In this document: piece after piece, positions 29,368-39,702 of the stretch
Layout of the letters: each line of letters opens with the position of its first letter
How positions within the stretch are numbered: position 1 is the first letter of the stretch
DNA from: an uncultured Actinomycetes bacterium
GTDB lineage: Bacteria > Actinomycetota > Thermoleophilia > UBA2241
Direction: 5' to 3'
Assembly (NCBI GenBank): GCA_963764225.1
Contig: CAVXRL010000007.1
Span: 531,510 to 595,509 of the forward strand
DNA length: 64,000 nucleotides
The notes under the pieces: generated by a model
The model's input: only the letters and a program-made list of their open reading frames with translations
Database searches by the model: none
Told to the model about the DNA's origin: nothing
Made by a program: the position numbers and the translations under genes

Positions 29368-30675
29368 TCAGCAGAGGTCGTCGACGGCGGCGCCGTCCGG
29401 CAGGCCGCTGGTCACCGGCTCCGCCGGCACGTGCCCGGCCCGCCGCGCCCGCGCCGCGCGGAGCGCCTCGAGCGCCGCCGGGAACGGCTGCAGCGCCCGG
29501 TCGAAGATGCCGAGGCTGAAGGCGATGACGAGCCCGTAGTTGGTGATCGGCACGCCTTGCTGGCGGCAGCGCAGGATGCGTCCCAGCATCGCCCTGCGGT
29601 TGAACGTGCAGGCGCCGCAGTGGATGACGAGGTCCCACTTCGAGAGGTCCGCGGGGAAGTCGTGTCCCTGCATGTGCTCGATCTCCAGCTTGCCGCCCAC
29701 GTACTGCGTGAGCCAGCGCGGGATCTTGACGCGCCCGATGTCCTCGGCGATGGGGTGGTGGCTGCAGGCCTCGGCGATGAGGATCCTGGCGCCGCTCCTG
29801 AGGTCGTCGACCGCGAGCGTGCCCTCCACCTGGCTCACCAGGTCGCCCTTGAAGCGGCTGAAGAGGATGCTGAAGCTCGTCATCGGCACCTCCGGCGGCG
29901 TGTCGGCCGCCACCTTGAGGAAGGCCTGGGAGTCGGTGACCACGAGCTTGGGCGGCCGGTTGAGCCGCTCGATGGCGTTGCGCAGCTCCCGCTCCTTGAC
30001 CACCAGCGCCATCGCGTCGCTGTCCATGAGGTCGCGGATGCTCTGCACCTGCGGCAGGATCAGGCGCCCGCGCGGCGCCTCCTTGTCGATGGGCACCACG
30101 AGCACGGCGAGCTCGCCGGTGTTGACCAGGTCGCCGAGGATCGACGGGTTGTCGATGAAGTCCGGCGGCGCCGCGTCGAGCAGCGCCTGGCGGAAGTCGA
30201 GCACGCCGCGGCCCTCGCTCGCGGCGGTCAGGACGGGCTTGAGCTTGAGCTCCTCCAGGCGCCTGACCGGCGCCGGCCGGTCCACGAGGTCGCTCTTGTT
30301 GAAGACGACGACGATGGGCGTCTCGCGCTCGAGGAACTCGTCGAGGATGCCGTCCTCGTACTCGCCCCAGCTGCCCGCCTCGGTGACCAGCACGCCGAGG
30401 TCGGTGCGGTCGAACACCTGCGTGGTCTTCTTCGCCCGCAGCTCGCCCAGTACGCCGACGTCGTCGATGCCGGCGGTGTCGATGAAGAGGACCGGGCCGA
30501 GGGGCAGCAGTTCCATCGGCTTCTCGACCGGATCGGTGGTGGTGCCGGCGAAGTCGCTGACGATGCTGACCTCCTGCCGGGTGATGGCGTTGAGCAGGCT
30601 CGACTTGCCGACGTTGCGGCGGCCGAAGATCCCGATGTGGAGGCGCATGCCCTTGGGTGCGTCCATCAGGCCCAT
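29368..30675 (-). CDS. hydF: [FeFe]-hydrogenase maturation GTPase HydF
   Basis: GRRNVGKSSL P-loop, DTAG, NKSD and a C-terminal CxH...HCGAC FeS-binding region. Confidence 0.85.
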   Translation of the reverse strand: MGLMDAPKGMRLHIGIFGRRNVGKSSLLNAITRQEVSIVSDFAGTTTDPVEKPMELLPLGPVLFIDTAGIDDVGVLGELRAKKTTQVFDRTDLGVLVTEAGSWGEYEDGILDEFLERETPIVVVFNKSDLVDRPAPVRRLEELKLKPVLTAASEGRGVLDFRQALLDAAPPDFIDNPSILGDLVNTGELAVLVVPIDKEAPRGRLILPQVQSIRDLMDSDAMALVVKERELRNAIERLNRPPKLVVTDSQAFLKVAADTPPEVPMTSFSILFSRFKGDLVSQVEGTLAVDDLRSGARILIAEACSHHPIAEDIGRVKIPRWLTQYVGGKLEIEHMQGHDFPADLSKWDLVIHCGACTFNRRAMLGRILRCRQQGVPITNYGLVIAFSLGIFDRALQPFPAALEALRAARARRAGHVPAEPVTSGLPDGAAVDDLC

Positions 30676-30695
30676 GCGGAGGTCCTTTCGGTGCT

Positions 30696-32078
30696 TCAGT
30701 CTTCCACGCCGCGGCCGCGGGTCTGGGGGGTCCCCAGACGGCACACGGCCTCGGCGGTGAGCAGTTCGTCGTACTGCTCGGCGGTGAGCAGGCCGTCGGC
30801 GAGGACGACGTCGCGGATGGCCGCGCCCTGCGCCTCGGCGCGCCGGGCGACGTCGCAGGCGGCGTCGTAGCCGATCTCCGGCACGAGCGCCGTGGCGGCG
30901 GCGCTCGAGGCGCGCACGTGCGCGGCGCAGCGCTCCTCGTCGGCCTCGATGCCCTCCACGCAGAGCCGCCGCAGCACCTCGTCGGCGCTCGCCAGCAGCC
31001 GCAGGCTCTCGAGCAGGCAGTCGGCGATCAGCGGCAGGAACGCGTTGAGCTCCAGGTTGCCGAGGCCGGCGGCGGTGGCGATCGTGGCGTCGTAGCCGAA
31101 CACCAGCAGCGCCACCTGGCTCACGGCCTCGGGGATCACCGGGTTGACCTTGCCGGGCATGATGCTCGACCCGGCCTGCCGCCGCGGCAGCCGGATCTCG
31201 CCGAACCCGGCCTCGGGGCCGGAGCTGAGCAGGCGCAGGTCGCCGCTGATCTTGAGCAGCGTCGCGGCGTGCGCCTTGAGGATGCCGGAGACCTCGACGA
31301 AGACGTCGACGTTCTGCGTGGCCTCGGTGAGGTTCTCCGCGCGGGCGAACCCGATGCTGGTGAGCTCGCGCAGCGCGTCCACCACGCGGAAGATGTACTG
31401 CCGCGGCGCGGCGAACCCGGTGCCGATGGCCGTGCCGCCGAGGTTGACCACCCGCAGCCGCTCCTCGCACTTGTAGATGCGCCAGCGGTCGCGGTTCAGC
31501 GCCTCGGCGTAGGCGCCCATCTCGCGTCCGAGCGTGGTGAGCACGGCGTCCTGCAGCTGCGTGCGCCCGACCTTGACCACGTGGGCGAACTCCTGCTCCT
31601 TGGCCTGGAACGCCTCCTGCAGCGCGACGACCTGGTCCTCGAGGCGGTGCAGCAGGTCGATGGCCGCCACGCGCAGGGCGGTGGGGAAGGTGTCGTTGGT
31701 GCTCTGGTGGAGGTTGAGGTCGTCGGCGGGGGAGACGCGGGCGTAGGCGCCGAGCGGCTCGCCGAGGAGCTGCAGGGCGCGGTTGGCGAGCACCTCGTTG
31801 ACGTTCATGTTGGTGCTCGTCCCGGCTCCGCCCTGCAGGCGGTCGGCGACGATGTGCTCGTCGAGCAGGCCGTCGGCGAGCTCGCGGCAGGCGCGCTCGA
31901 TGGCGTCGGCCTTGGCGTCGTCGCCCTCCCAGGCGCCGAGCGCGCGGTTGGTCCTGGCGCAGGCGAGCTTGACGACGCCGAACGCCCGCGCGAGCTCCGC
32001 GTGCACCGGGCGTCCGGCGAGCGGGAAGTTCTCGAGCGCCCGCTCGGTGTGCGCGCCGTGCAGGCTGCCCGCCGGCAC
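30696..32078 (-). CDS. aspA: Aspartate ammonia-lyase / class II fumarase family protein (hyd-cluster-associated AspA-like); true start may lie slightly upstream
   Basis: GSSIMPGKVNP signature and TNDTFPTA. Confidence 0.75.
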   Translation of the reverse strand: MPAGSLHGAHTERALENFPLAGRPVHAELARAFGVVKLACARTNRALGAWEGDDAKADAIERACRELADGLLDEHIVADRLQGGAGTSTNMNVNEVLANRALQLLGEPLGAYARVSPADDLNLHQSTNDTFPTALRVAAIDLLHRLEDQVVALQEAFQAKEQEFAHVVKVGRTQLQDAVLTTLGREMGAYAEALNRDRWRIYKCEERLRVVNLGGTAIGTGFAAPRQYIFRVVDALRELTSIGFARAENLTEATQNVDVFVEVSGILKAHAATLLKISGDLRLLSSGPEAGFGEIRLPRRQAGSSIMPGKVNPVIPEAVSQVALLVFGYDATIATAAGLGNLELNAFLPLIADCLLESLRLLASADEVLRRLCVEGIEADEERCAAHVRASSAAATALVPEIGYDAACDVARRAEAQGAAIRDVVLADGLLTAEQYDELLTAEAVCRLGTPQTRGRGVED

Positions 32079-32128
32079 GGCGACCTCACCGAGCAGGTCG
32101 TGTTCGCTAGCGCGTGTCGCTCATGGGC

Positions 32129-32393
32129 TCAGGGATGGCCGAACACCATCTTCTGGACGTGCACGCCCTCGATCGCGTCGAGCTTGTCGACCATCGTCTG
32201 CGCCGCGGCCTCGTCGCCGAAGAACTCGATCAGCACGATGCCGCTCGGTGAGCAGAAGGACGCGTCGACGTCGTGGAGCCCGACGCGCGTCTTGATGTTG
32301 CAGCCGTACTCGGTGAAGACGGCCTGCACGTCGCGCGCCTCCTGCAGCCTGTCGCGTGACGTGGATGCCGAGGATGATGTGGTCGTCGCTCAC
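32129..32393 (-). CDS. TM1266-like putative [FeFe]-hydrogenase system regulator (ACT-like small protein); apparent frameshift near 32355
   Basis: N-terminus MSDDHIILGIHV in one frame (ORF 32121..32393). Remainder ...DRLQEARDVQAVFTEYGCNIKTRVGLHDV...KMVFGHP in the adjacent frame (ORF 32129..32329). Confidence 0.55.
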
Positions 32394-32451
32394 GCTGGCC
32401 CTCCGTGGTCGTGGTCGTGGCTGGCTGGTCGTGCGCTCGCGGCGTGCCGGC

Positions 32452-33855
32452 TCAGCAGAGCACGTCCCGGTCGCCGGCGCGCACCTTGGCCAGCATCTTC
32501 TCGGTGAACTCGCGCCGCACCGGGTCCATCTCCGCGACCGTCTTCGCGATGGCGGTCTCGCCGATCGCGCGCGTCTCCTCGCTGCCGTAGTCGATGAGGT
32601 ACTCGAGGTACGTGCTGAGGGCGTTGGGGTCGCAGTGGTGCTTGATGTCGCCCGGCTTGGCCAGGTCCATGAAGTCCATGCCCGTGCGGCCCAGGCGGTA
32701 GCAGGCGGTGCAGAAGCTGGGGATGAAGCCGAGCTCGGAGACGTCGCGGATGACCTCGTCCAGCGTGCGGTGGTCGCCGAGCTGGAACTGGGCCGCGTCG
32801 AACTCCTCGTCCTCTTCGTAGCCGCCGGGGTTGGTGCGGCTGCCGGCGCTGATCTGGCTGATGCCGAGGGCGAACGTCTCGCTGCGCAGGTTGGCGGTCT
32901 CCCGCGTGCTCAGGATCATGCCGGTGTAGGGGACGGCGAGCCGCAGGATGGCGACGATCTTGCGGAAGTCGACGTCGCTCACCGGCTGCGGCGGGTGACT
33001 GGCCATGTCGGAGCCGCTGGCGGGCTCGAGGCGCGGCACGCTGATGGTGTGCGGGCCGACGCCGTACGCCCGCTCGAGCTCACGGATGTGCTGCAGCATG
33101 GCGAGGATCTCGTAGCGCCAGTCGGCGAGGCCGAAGAGCACGCCGATGCCGACGTCGTCGATGCCCGCCTCCATGGCGCGGTGCATGCCGGTCACGCGCC
33201 AGTCGAAGTCCTTCTTCTTGCCGCCGACGTGCACCGCGTGGTAGGTCGCGCGGTGGTAGGTCTCCTGGAACAGCTGGAACGTGCCGATGCCGCTCGCCTT
33301 GAGCTCGCGGAACTGGTCCACCGGGAGCGGCGCCACGTTGACGTTGACGCGGCGGATCTCGCCGTTGCCGCGCTTGACGTCGTAGATGGTCGCGATGCTG
33401 TCGAGCACGTACTGGAAGCCGCCGTCCTTGGGGTAGGACTCGCCGGCCACGAGCAGGATGCGCTTGTGACCCTGGTCGACCAGCACCTCGACCTCGTGAC
33501 GGATCTCCGCCTGCGTGAGCGCCCGGCGGTGGAGCTCCTTGTTGCGCACCCGGAACGCGCAGTAGAGGCAGTCGTTGTTGCACAGGTTGCTGATGTACAG
33601 CGGGGCGAAGAGCACGAGGCGCGCGCCGTAGATGGCCTCCTTGACCTCGCGCGCCGTGCCGAACAGCTCCGCCATCAGCTCCGGGTCGCTGATCGACGAG
33701 AGCACGGCCACCTCGTCCATCTCCAGCCCGTGGAGCTCGCGCGCCTTGGCGAGGATCTCGCGGACCCGCGCGGCGTCCTTGGTGGCCGCGGACTGCATCG
33801 CCTGGGCGATGGCGGCCTCGTCGATGAACTCTCCTGTGTCTACAACGGCTGTCAT
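32452..33855 (-). CDS. hydG: [FeFe]-hydrogenase maturase HydG (radical SAM tyrosine lyase)
   Basis: CNNDCLYC radical-SAM motif and C-terminal CTACYRLGRTG auxiliary-cluster motif. About 467 aa from MTAVVDTGEFID. Confidence 0.85.
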   Translation of the reverse strand: MTAVVDTGEFIDEAAIAQAMQSAATKDAARVREILAKARELHGLEMDEVAVLSSISDPELMAELFGTAREVKEAIYGARLVLFAPLYISNLCNNDCLYCAFRVRNKELHRRALTQAEIRHEVEVLVDQGHKRILLVAGESYPKDGGFQYVLDSIATIYDVKRGNGEIRRVNVNVAPLPVDQFRELKASGIGTFQLFQETYHRATYHAVHVGGKKKDFDWRVTGMHRAMEAGIDDVGIGVLFGLADWRYEILAMLQHIRELERAYGVGPHTISVPRLEPASGSDMASHPPQPVSDVDFRKIVAILRLAVPYTGMILSTRETANLRSETFALGISQISAGSRTNPGGYEEDEEFDAAQFQLGDHRTLDEVIRDVSELGFIPSFCTACYRLGRTGMDFMDLAKPGDIKHHCDPNALSTYLEYLIDYGSEETRAIGETAIAKTVAEMDPVRREFTEKMLAKVRAGDRDVLC

Positions 33856-33860
33856 GGAAC

Positions 33861-35228
33861 TTACTCCCTCGGGTCGACAGCGACAGGCTCGGCGCAGTCC
33901 GCCGTAGCCGGGATCTCGAAACTGAACTCGGCCCACTCACCCCGTTTGGAGTCGGCCGTGATGCGCCCGCCGTGCAGCTGGACGATGCGCCAGGAGTTGT
34001 AGAGCCCGACGCCGGTGCCGCGGCGGCTTTTGAGGGCCGGGTCGTCCAGGCGCGAGAAGCGGCGGAAGAGCTTGTCCTGCTGCGCCGTGTCGAAGCCCGG
34101 CCCGCTGTTCCACACGCTGATGCGCAGGCGTTCGCCGAGCTTGCGGTCGAACAGCACCTCGGCCTTGACGCGGATGTCGCCGCCCTCGTTGCCGTACTTG
34201 ATGGCGTTGTCCAGCAGGTTGACGGTGACGATGCGCAGCAGGGTGGGGTCGCAGCACACCGGCGGCAGCGCCGGCGACGGCATGCAGACCATGAGGTGCA
34301 CGCCGTGCGAGTCCGCCTGGGGGCGGACCAGGTCGACGGCCTCGTCGAGGACCTCTTCCATGACGTCCACGCGCGAGCGCGTGGCGAGCGTGAGCTCGCC
34401 GCCCTCGACGCGCGCCAGGTCGAGGTACTCGCGCACGAGGCTGAGCAGGTACTGCCCCTTGCGCGCCATGCTCTCGACCTTGGCCTTCTGCTCGGGAGTG
34501 AGGTCGCCGAGATAGCCCTGGGCGAGGACCTGGGCGTCCGTCACCATGGACGCCACGGGGCTCTTGAGCTCGTGGCTCACGAACCCGAGCATCTGGGTGT
34601 ACGCGTAGTTGGCGTCTTCGAGCTGTTCGATGCGCCAGGCCTTCTCCACGGCCTGGCTGAGGCGCTCGGTGATGGCCATCTGCAGCTCGATGTGCTGTGG
34701 GCCGTACATGTGGGGCCGCAGCGAGCTGCGGAAGATGAACCCGACCACGCGGCCCTCGACGCTGAGCGGGCAGGTGAGGCTGGAGCGCACGCCCTCGCGC
34801 ACGAGCAGGCGCGAGGAGCGGCTCTGCGGGCGGTCGTGGCTGTACGCCTCGAGGTCGCCGATGATGCGCGGCAGCCCGTTCTGCAGCACCTCGCTCAGCG
34901 TGCTGTTCTGAAGCGACTCGCGGTACCCCTGCTTCACGTACAGACGGTCGTAGGACGCCCGGTTGTAGTAGCTGGTGACCGAGCCGCCGTGCTCGTCCAC
35001 GAACGCCAGGCCCATGCGGTCGCAGGGGATGAGCGCCTGGGTGTGCTCGAAGAGGTAGTCGACGATGGCGCGCAGCGACGGCCTGGCGGCGATCTTCTGA
35101 TTGACGGTGCGGAGCACCGTCCGCGCCTCCGGGCTGATGGGTCTGAGGGCGTCGCCGTCACGGAACGGGTCGACGTAGGTGACGGCGGGGCGCTGGGTCT
35201 GCTGGGGTTCGTCGGCCATCGGCCTCAA
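33861..35228 (-). CDS. GAF-domain sensor histidine kinase
   Basis: N-terminal GAF-like region, HisKA (FVSHELKSP) and HATPase (NLLDNAIKY...GTGVGL). Confidence 0.75.
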   Translation of the reverse strand: MRPMADEPQQTQRPAVTYVDPFRDGDALRPISPEARTVLRTVNQKIAARPSLRAIVDYLFEHTQALIPCDRMGLAFVDEHGGSVTSYYNRASYDRLYVKQGYRESLQNSTLSEVLQNGLPRIIGDLEAYSHDRPQSRSSRLLVREGVRSSLTCPLSVEGRVVGFIFRSSLRPHMYGPQHIELQMAITERLSQAVEKAWRIEQLEDANYAYTQMLGFVSHELKSPVASMVTDAQVLAQGYLGDLTPEQKAKVESMARKGQYLLSLVREYLDLARVEGGELTLATRSRVDVMEEVLDEAVDLVRPQADSHGVHLMVCMPSPALPPVCCDPTLLRIVTVNLLDNAIKYGNEGGDIRVKAEVLFDRKLGERLRISVWNSGPGFDTAQQDKLFRRFSRLDDPALKSRRGTGVGLYNSWRIVQLHGGRITADSKRGEWAEFSFEIPATADCAEPVAVDPRE

Positions 35229-35298
35229 GTGTACCTCGTGCGGGCGGCCGGGCTGCCCTGAGTCGGGTCAGCCCGGCCGCCGCTGGTCTTGCGTCAGG

Positions 35299-37233
35299 TC
35301 ACGCCTGCGGGATGTGCTTGCCGCGGGCGATGTACTCCGTGTGCAGGAGCTTGTGGCTCTTGTGGCCGCACGGGCCGTCGGTGAGGAACTCACCGTAGGT
35401 GGCGAGCACGGCCGGGTTCTCGTGCGACTTGCGCACCGCGTAGGCCGAGTCCTCCGAGTAGATGGCCCTGGCCCGGGCGGCACGGATGTCCGCGCTGGTC
35501 GGGATGGGCTGGCCGCCGCCGCCCAGGCAGCCGCCCGGGCAGGCCATGAACTCGATGAAGTGGCACTCGCTGAACTTGCCGCCGGCCTTGATGTCGTCCA
35601 TGACCTTCTTGGCGTTGGCGGTGCCGTGCGCCACGGCCACCTTGAGCGTCGCGCCGTCCAGCCAGTCCCAGTCCGGCACGAGGTGCGCCACGATCTCGGG
35701 CACCGGGCCGACCTTGGGGACGGTGATCTCGGCGTACTTGACGCCCTCGAAGCCGCGCACCGGGATGATGTCGCCGTGGTCGTAGATGCTCTCGATCTTC
35801 TCCCCCGTGACCATCTCGATGACGGTGCGCAGGGCGGCCTCCATCACGCCGCCGCTGGCGCCGAAGATGACGCCGGAGCCGGTGGCCGAGCCGAAGGGGT
35901 CGTCGAAGTCGCTCTTCGGCAGCGTCGGCACGTGCAGGCCGGCCTCCTTGAACATCTTGCCGAGCTCGCGCGTGGTGAGGCCGTAGTCGACGTCCTGGAA
36001 GCCCGAGTCGACCATCTCCGGCCGGTTGCACTCGAACTTCTTCGCCGAGCAGGGCATGAGCGCGACGCTCACGATCTTGGCGGGGTCGACGCCCATCTTC
36101 TCGGCGTAGAACGTCTTGATGAGCGCGCCGAACATCTGCTGCGGGCTCTTGGCGCTCGAGGCGTTGGGCAGGTACTCGGGGTAGAAGTGCTCGAGGTACT
36201 TGACCCAGCCCGGCGAGCAGCTGGTGAACTGCGGCAGAGCCACGCTCTCGTCCTTCTCCACCAGCGCCTTGTAGAGCCGGAGGATGAGCTCGGTGCCCTC
36301 CTCGATGATGGTGAGGTCGGCGGTGAAGTTGGTGTCGAACACCTTGTCGAAGCCGGCGCGCCGCAGGGCGGTGTTCATCTCGAACGTGACCGGCGTGCCC
36401 GGCTCGAGGCCGAACAGCTCGCCCATCGCCGAGCGCGGCGCGGGCGCCGTCTGGATGACGACGTGCTTGTCGGGGTCGTCGATCGCCGCCCACACCTCGT
36501 CGGTCTCGTCCTTGGCGTACAGGGCGCCGACGGGGCAGCGGTTGACGCACTGCCCGCAGTTGATGCAGACGGCGGTGCCGAGGGGCATGTCCTCGAACGT
36601 CTCGATGGTGACCTTGTTGCTGCGCCCGACGGCCTCCAGCACGCCGACCTCCTGCACGTCGATGCAGGTGCGGATGCAGCGGCGGCAGCGGATGCACTTG
36701 TTCATGTCGCGGACGACGCTGTAGCTCGAGTCGTCCACCGCGAACGCCGGCTCCTCGGGATGGCCGTAGGGGTAGCTCGTCACCCCGTACTCCTCGGCCA
36801 GCGTCTGCAGCTCGCAGTTGCCGTTGCGCACGCAGCTGTAGCACTCGCCGCAGTGCTCGCTGAGGAGCAGCTCGAGCACGTGCTTGCGCGCCATGCGTAC
36901 CTTGCGCGTGTGCGTGTTGATCTTCTGCTGGTTCACGACCGGGAACGTGCAGGCGGGCTGCAGCGTGCGCTGGCCCTCGACCTCCACGACGCACATGCGG
37001 CACACGCCGGCTACGTCGAGGTCCGGGTGGTCACACAGCGTGGGGATCTTGATCCCGGCGGTCTTGGCGGCCTCGAGGATGGTCGTCCCGAAGGGGACCT
37101 TGGCCTCGACGCCGTCGATGACGACGCTCACCTGGGCGCCGATGGCGTCCGGGCTGGTGGTGGTGATGACGCGCCGGTGCTGCTGCGAGAGCGGCGCGCG
37201 ATGGATCGGCGTGGTCGGGTTGCTCATGCTCAC
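35299..37233 (-). CDS. hydA: [FeFe] hydrogenase catalytic subunit HydA (set 1; group A3 multimeric/bifurcating-type architecture)
   Basis: N-terminal 2Fe-2S ferredoxin domain, 4Fe-4S motifs, and H-cluster motifs TSCSPGW, MPCSAKK and EFMACPGGCLGGGGQP. Confidence 0.9.
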   Translation of the reverse strand: MSMSNPTTPIHRAPLSQQHRRVITTTSPDAIGAQVSVVIDGVEAKVPFGTTILEAAKTAGIKIPTLCDHPDLDVAGVCRMCVVEVEGQRTLQPACTFPVVNQQKINTHTRKVRMARKHVLELLLSEHCGECYSCVRNGNCELQTLAEEYGVTSYPYGHPEEPAFAVDDSSYSVVRDMNKCIRCRRCIRTCIDVQEVGVLEAVGRSNKVTIETFEDMPLGTAVCINCGQCVNRCPVGALYAKDETDEVWAAIDDPDKHVVIQTAPAPRSAMGELFGLEPGTPVTFEMNTALRRAGFDKVFDTNFTADLTIIEEGTELILRLYKALVEKDESVALPQFTSCSPGWVKYLEHFYPEYLPNASSAKSPQQMFGALIKTFYAEKMGVDPAKIVSVALMPCSAKKFECNRPEMVDSGFQDVDYGLTTRELGKMFKEAGLHVPTLPKSDFDDPFGSATGSGVIFGASGGVMEAALRTVIEMVTGEKIESIYDHGDIIPVRGFEGVKYAEITVPKVGPVPEIVAHLVPDWDWLDGATLKVAVAHGTANAKKVMDDIKAGGKFSECHFIEFMACPGGCLGGGGQPIPTSADIRAARARAIYSEDSAYAVRKSHENPAVLATYGEFLTDGPCGHKSHKLLHTEYIARGKHIPQA

Positions 37234-37246
37234 TCCTCCGCTCTCG

Positions 37247-38443
37247 TCAGGCGCTCGGGGCGCGGTTTGCGATCTCGTCGCCGAAGCCCTCGAGGATCGA
37301 GAGGAAGGCGCTCGGGCTGGTCTGGCCGAGGCCGCACTTCGAGGCGACCTGCATGGTGGCGGCGAGGTCCTTGACGCTCTTGAGGAACTCGGGCGGGCAC
37401 TCGCCCTTCTTGAGGAGCTTGACGGCCTCGAGCATCTGGGGGTTGCCCAGACGGCACGGGGTGCACTGGCCGCAGCTCTCCTCGACGAAGAAGTCGAGGA
37501 AGTTCTCGGCCACGTCGAGGATGTCGCGGTCGGGGCCGATGACCATCACCGAGCCGCCCGTCGGGATGTCCTCGAACGCCAGAGCGCGCGTGAAGTCCCT
37601 TGCGGGGACGCACACGCCGCTGGCGCCGCCGATCTGCACCGCCTTGGCGCCCTCACCGCCGACCTCCCTGAGCAGGTCGGCCACGGTGATGCCCCACGGG
37701 AACTCGTACACGCCGGGCTTCTCGCAGTCGCCGCTGATGCTGAACAGCTTGTAGCCGGTCGACTTGTCGGTGCCGAACGTCTTGAACCAGTCACAGCCCC
37801 GGCAGAAGATCGCCGCCACCGAGGCGAGCGTCTCCACGTTGTTCACCACGGTGGGGTTGTTGAGCAGGCCGGCGACCACCGGGAACGGCGGGCGGTTGCG
37901 CGGCTCGCCGCGGAAGCCCTCGAGGCTCTCGATGAGGGCCGTCTCCTCGCCGCACACGTAGGCGCCGGCGCCCATGGCCACGAGGATGTCGAAGTCGAAG
38001 CCCTCGACGCCCATGATGTTGCGCCCGAGCAGGCCGGCCGCGCGCCGCCGCTGGATGACCTCGTTGAGGTGCGGGCGCAGGTAGGTGTACTCGGCGCGCA
38101 GGTAGACGATGCCGAGGGTCGCGCCGATGGCGCGGCCGCCGATGGTCATGCCCTCGAAGACGAGGTCGGCGAACCGCGTGAGGATGACCCGGTCCTTGAA
38201 CGTGCCGGGCTCGCCCTCGTCGGCGTTGCAGATGATGTACTTCTGGTCGGCCTTCTCCGCCGCGCAGAAGCCCCACTTCATGCCGGTGGGGAACCCGGCG
38301 CCGCCGCGGCCCTTGAGGCCGCTGTCACGCATGAAGTCGACGAGGTCGGCGCGGCTCATGGCCAGGGCGGCCGTGAGGCCGGCCTCGGCCTCGATGGTCT
38401 CGTAGGTGAGGGCGTTGCCCTGCGTCTCGATCGTGGCAGGCAT
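37247..38443 (-). CDS. hydB: Hydrogenase NADH-binding flavoprotein subunit HydB (NuoF-like, short form)
   Basis: [20 protein letters not shown] and ESCGQCTPCR motifs. Confidence 0.85.
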   Translation of the reverse strand: MPATIETQGNALTYETIEAEAGLTAALAMSRADLVDFMRDSGLKGRGGAGFPTGMKWGFCAAEKADQKYIICNADEGEPGTFKDRVILTRFADLVFEGMTIGGRAIGATLGIVYLRAEYTYLRPHLNEVIQRRRAAGLLGRNIMGVEGFDFDILVAMGAGAYVCGEETALIESLEGFRGEPRNRPPFPVVAGLLNNPTVVNNVETLASVAAIFCRGCDWFKTFGTDKSTGYKLFSISGDCEKPGVYEFPWGITVADLLREVGGEGAKAVQIGGASGVCVPARDFTRALAFEDIPTGGSVMVIGPDRDILDVAENFLDFFVEESCGQCTPCRLGNPQMLEAVKLLKKGECPPEFLKSVKDLAATMQVASKCGLGQTSPSAFLSILEGFGDEIANRAPSA

Positions 38444-38446
38444 CGC

Positions 38447-38947
38447 TCACGCCTCCTTCGACGCGGCCCGGCAGGCGGCCACGATCTCTTTGGCGGTCTC
38501 GGGAGTGACCCGCGTGTGGACTTCGTCGTTGACGAGCAGAGCGGGGCCCTGGTCGCACATGCCGACGCAGCTGGCCCACTCGAGCGTGAACAGGCCGTCG
38601 TCGGTGGTCTGGTCGAAGTCGATGCCGAGCTCGGTCTTGAGCGCGTCGGCGACGGCGTCCTTGCCGGCGAAGTCGCACGAGAGCGTGCCGCACAGGCGCA
38701 CCACGAACTGCCCGGTGGGGGCGCCGTGGAGGAACGCGTAGAACGACGCGACGCTGTAGACCTCCACGGGGTGGATGTCGAGCACGTCGGCGATGGTCTG
38801 CATGGTCTCCGAGTCGATCTCGTGGAACCGCCTCTTGACATCCGCGAGGATCGGGATGAGAGAAGAGCGGCCGGGGCCGAGCTTCTCGACGAGGCTCTCC
38901 ACCTCGGCCCTGAGCTGGTCCTGATTGGTGATGATGGTCGCTGGCAT
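38447..38947 (-). CDS. hydC: Hydrogenase subunit HydC (NuoE-like 2Fe-2S thioredoxin-like)
   Basis: C-x4-C ... C-x3-C (CGTLSCD ... CVGMCDQGP). RBS GAGAGGA lies before the ATG at 38947. A GTG at 38962 is an alternative start. Confidence 0.8.
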   Translation of the reverse strand: MPATIITNQDQLRAEVESLVEKLGPGRSSLIPILADVKRRFHEIDSETMQTIADVLDIHPVEVYSVASFYAFLHGAPTGQFVVRLCGTLSCDFAGKDAVADALKTELGIDFDQTTDDGLFTLEWASCVGMCDQGPALLVNDEVHTRVTPETAKEIVAACRAASKEA

Positions 38948-38958
38948 CTGGAGTCCTC

Positions 38959-39332
38959 TCACTGCTCGAGGAGCTTCTTGACCTTGGCGACCAGCGTCTG
39001 AGGCTCCACCGGCTTGGGCTGGAACTCATCGACCGGCACGATCTCGCCGTCCTTGTCGATGTTGAGGCCCATGGCGGCGTTGACGCTGGTGAGCATGATG
39101 ATCGGCAGCTCATTACCGTTCTTGCGGATCTCGCGCGCCATGCGGAGGCCGTCGTCGGGCTCTTCCATCATGACGTCGAGGATGAGGAGGTCGGGCTTGA
39201 CCTCATCAAGCTTCTTCATGCCGTCGGCGCGATTGGCTGCGCCGATGATCTCGTAGCCCTCGCGCTCGAGGACCAGGCGGCCGGCATCGACGATGTCCGG
39301 GTCGTCGTCAATGATGAGAATCTTTGGCACCA
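38959..39332 (-). CDS. Single-domain response regulator (CheY-like REC), GTG start
   Basis: KILIIDDDPDIVDAG...LILDVMMEEPDDG...KP. Confidence 0.7.
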
Positions 39333-39702
39333 CGCTCTCCTCTGTCCGTTTGCGTTCCCCCGGGGCGGGGTCGGCCCGCCCTCCACAAGCCCGATCCACT
39401 GCCCGGTCCCGCACCCATCCCGGAGAGACCGCTGCGCGGCAGGGACGGGTGGAGGAAGGACGATCGGTCAGGCCACACACTCCACTGGATCAACGGCAAG
39501 AACTTGGCCTCAAATCCGCTCATTTTCTAACACATCAACGGCAGCTTGTGCAAGGGTGCACGAGCGTCTGAAGTTAGTATCGCACATCCTCGAACAGGCA
39601 CAAGCCGTACCTTCTGGCGAGGTGAGGGAGACGATTGTGGACAGCTCGGAGTGCGCGGCGGGGAAGAGGCGACGCCGGGGCGGCCCTTGACGCGGCGAAG
39701 CC

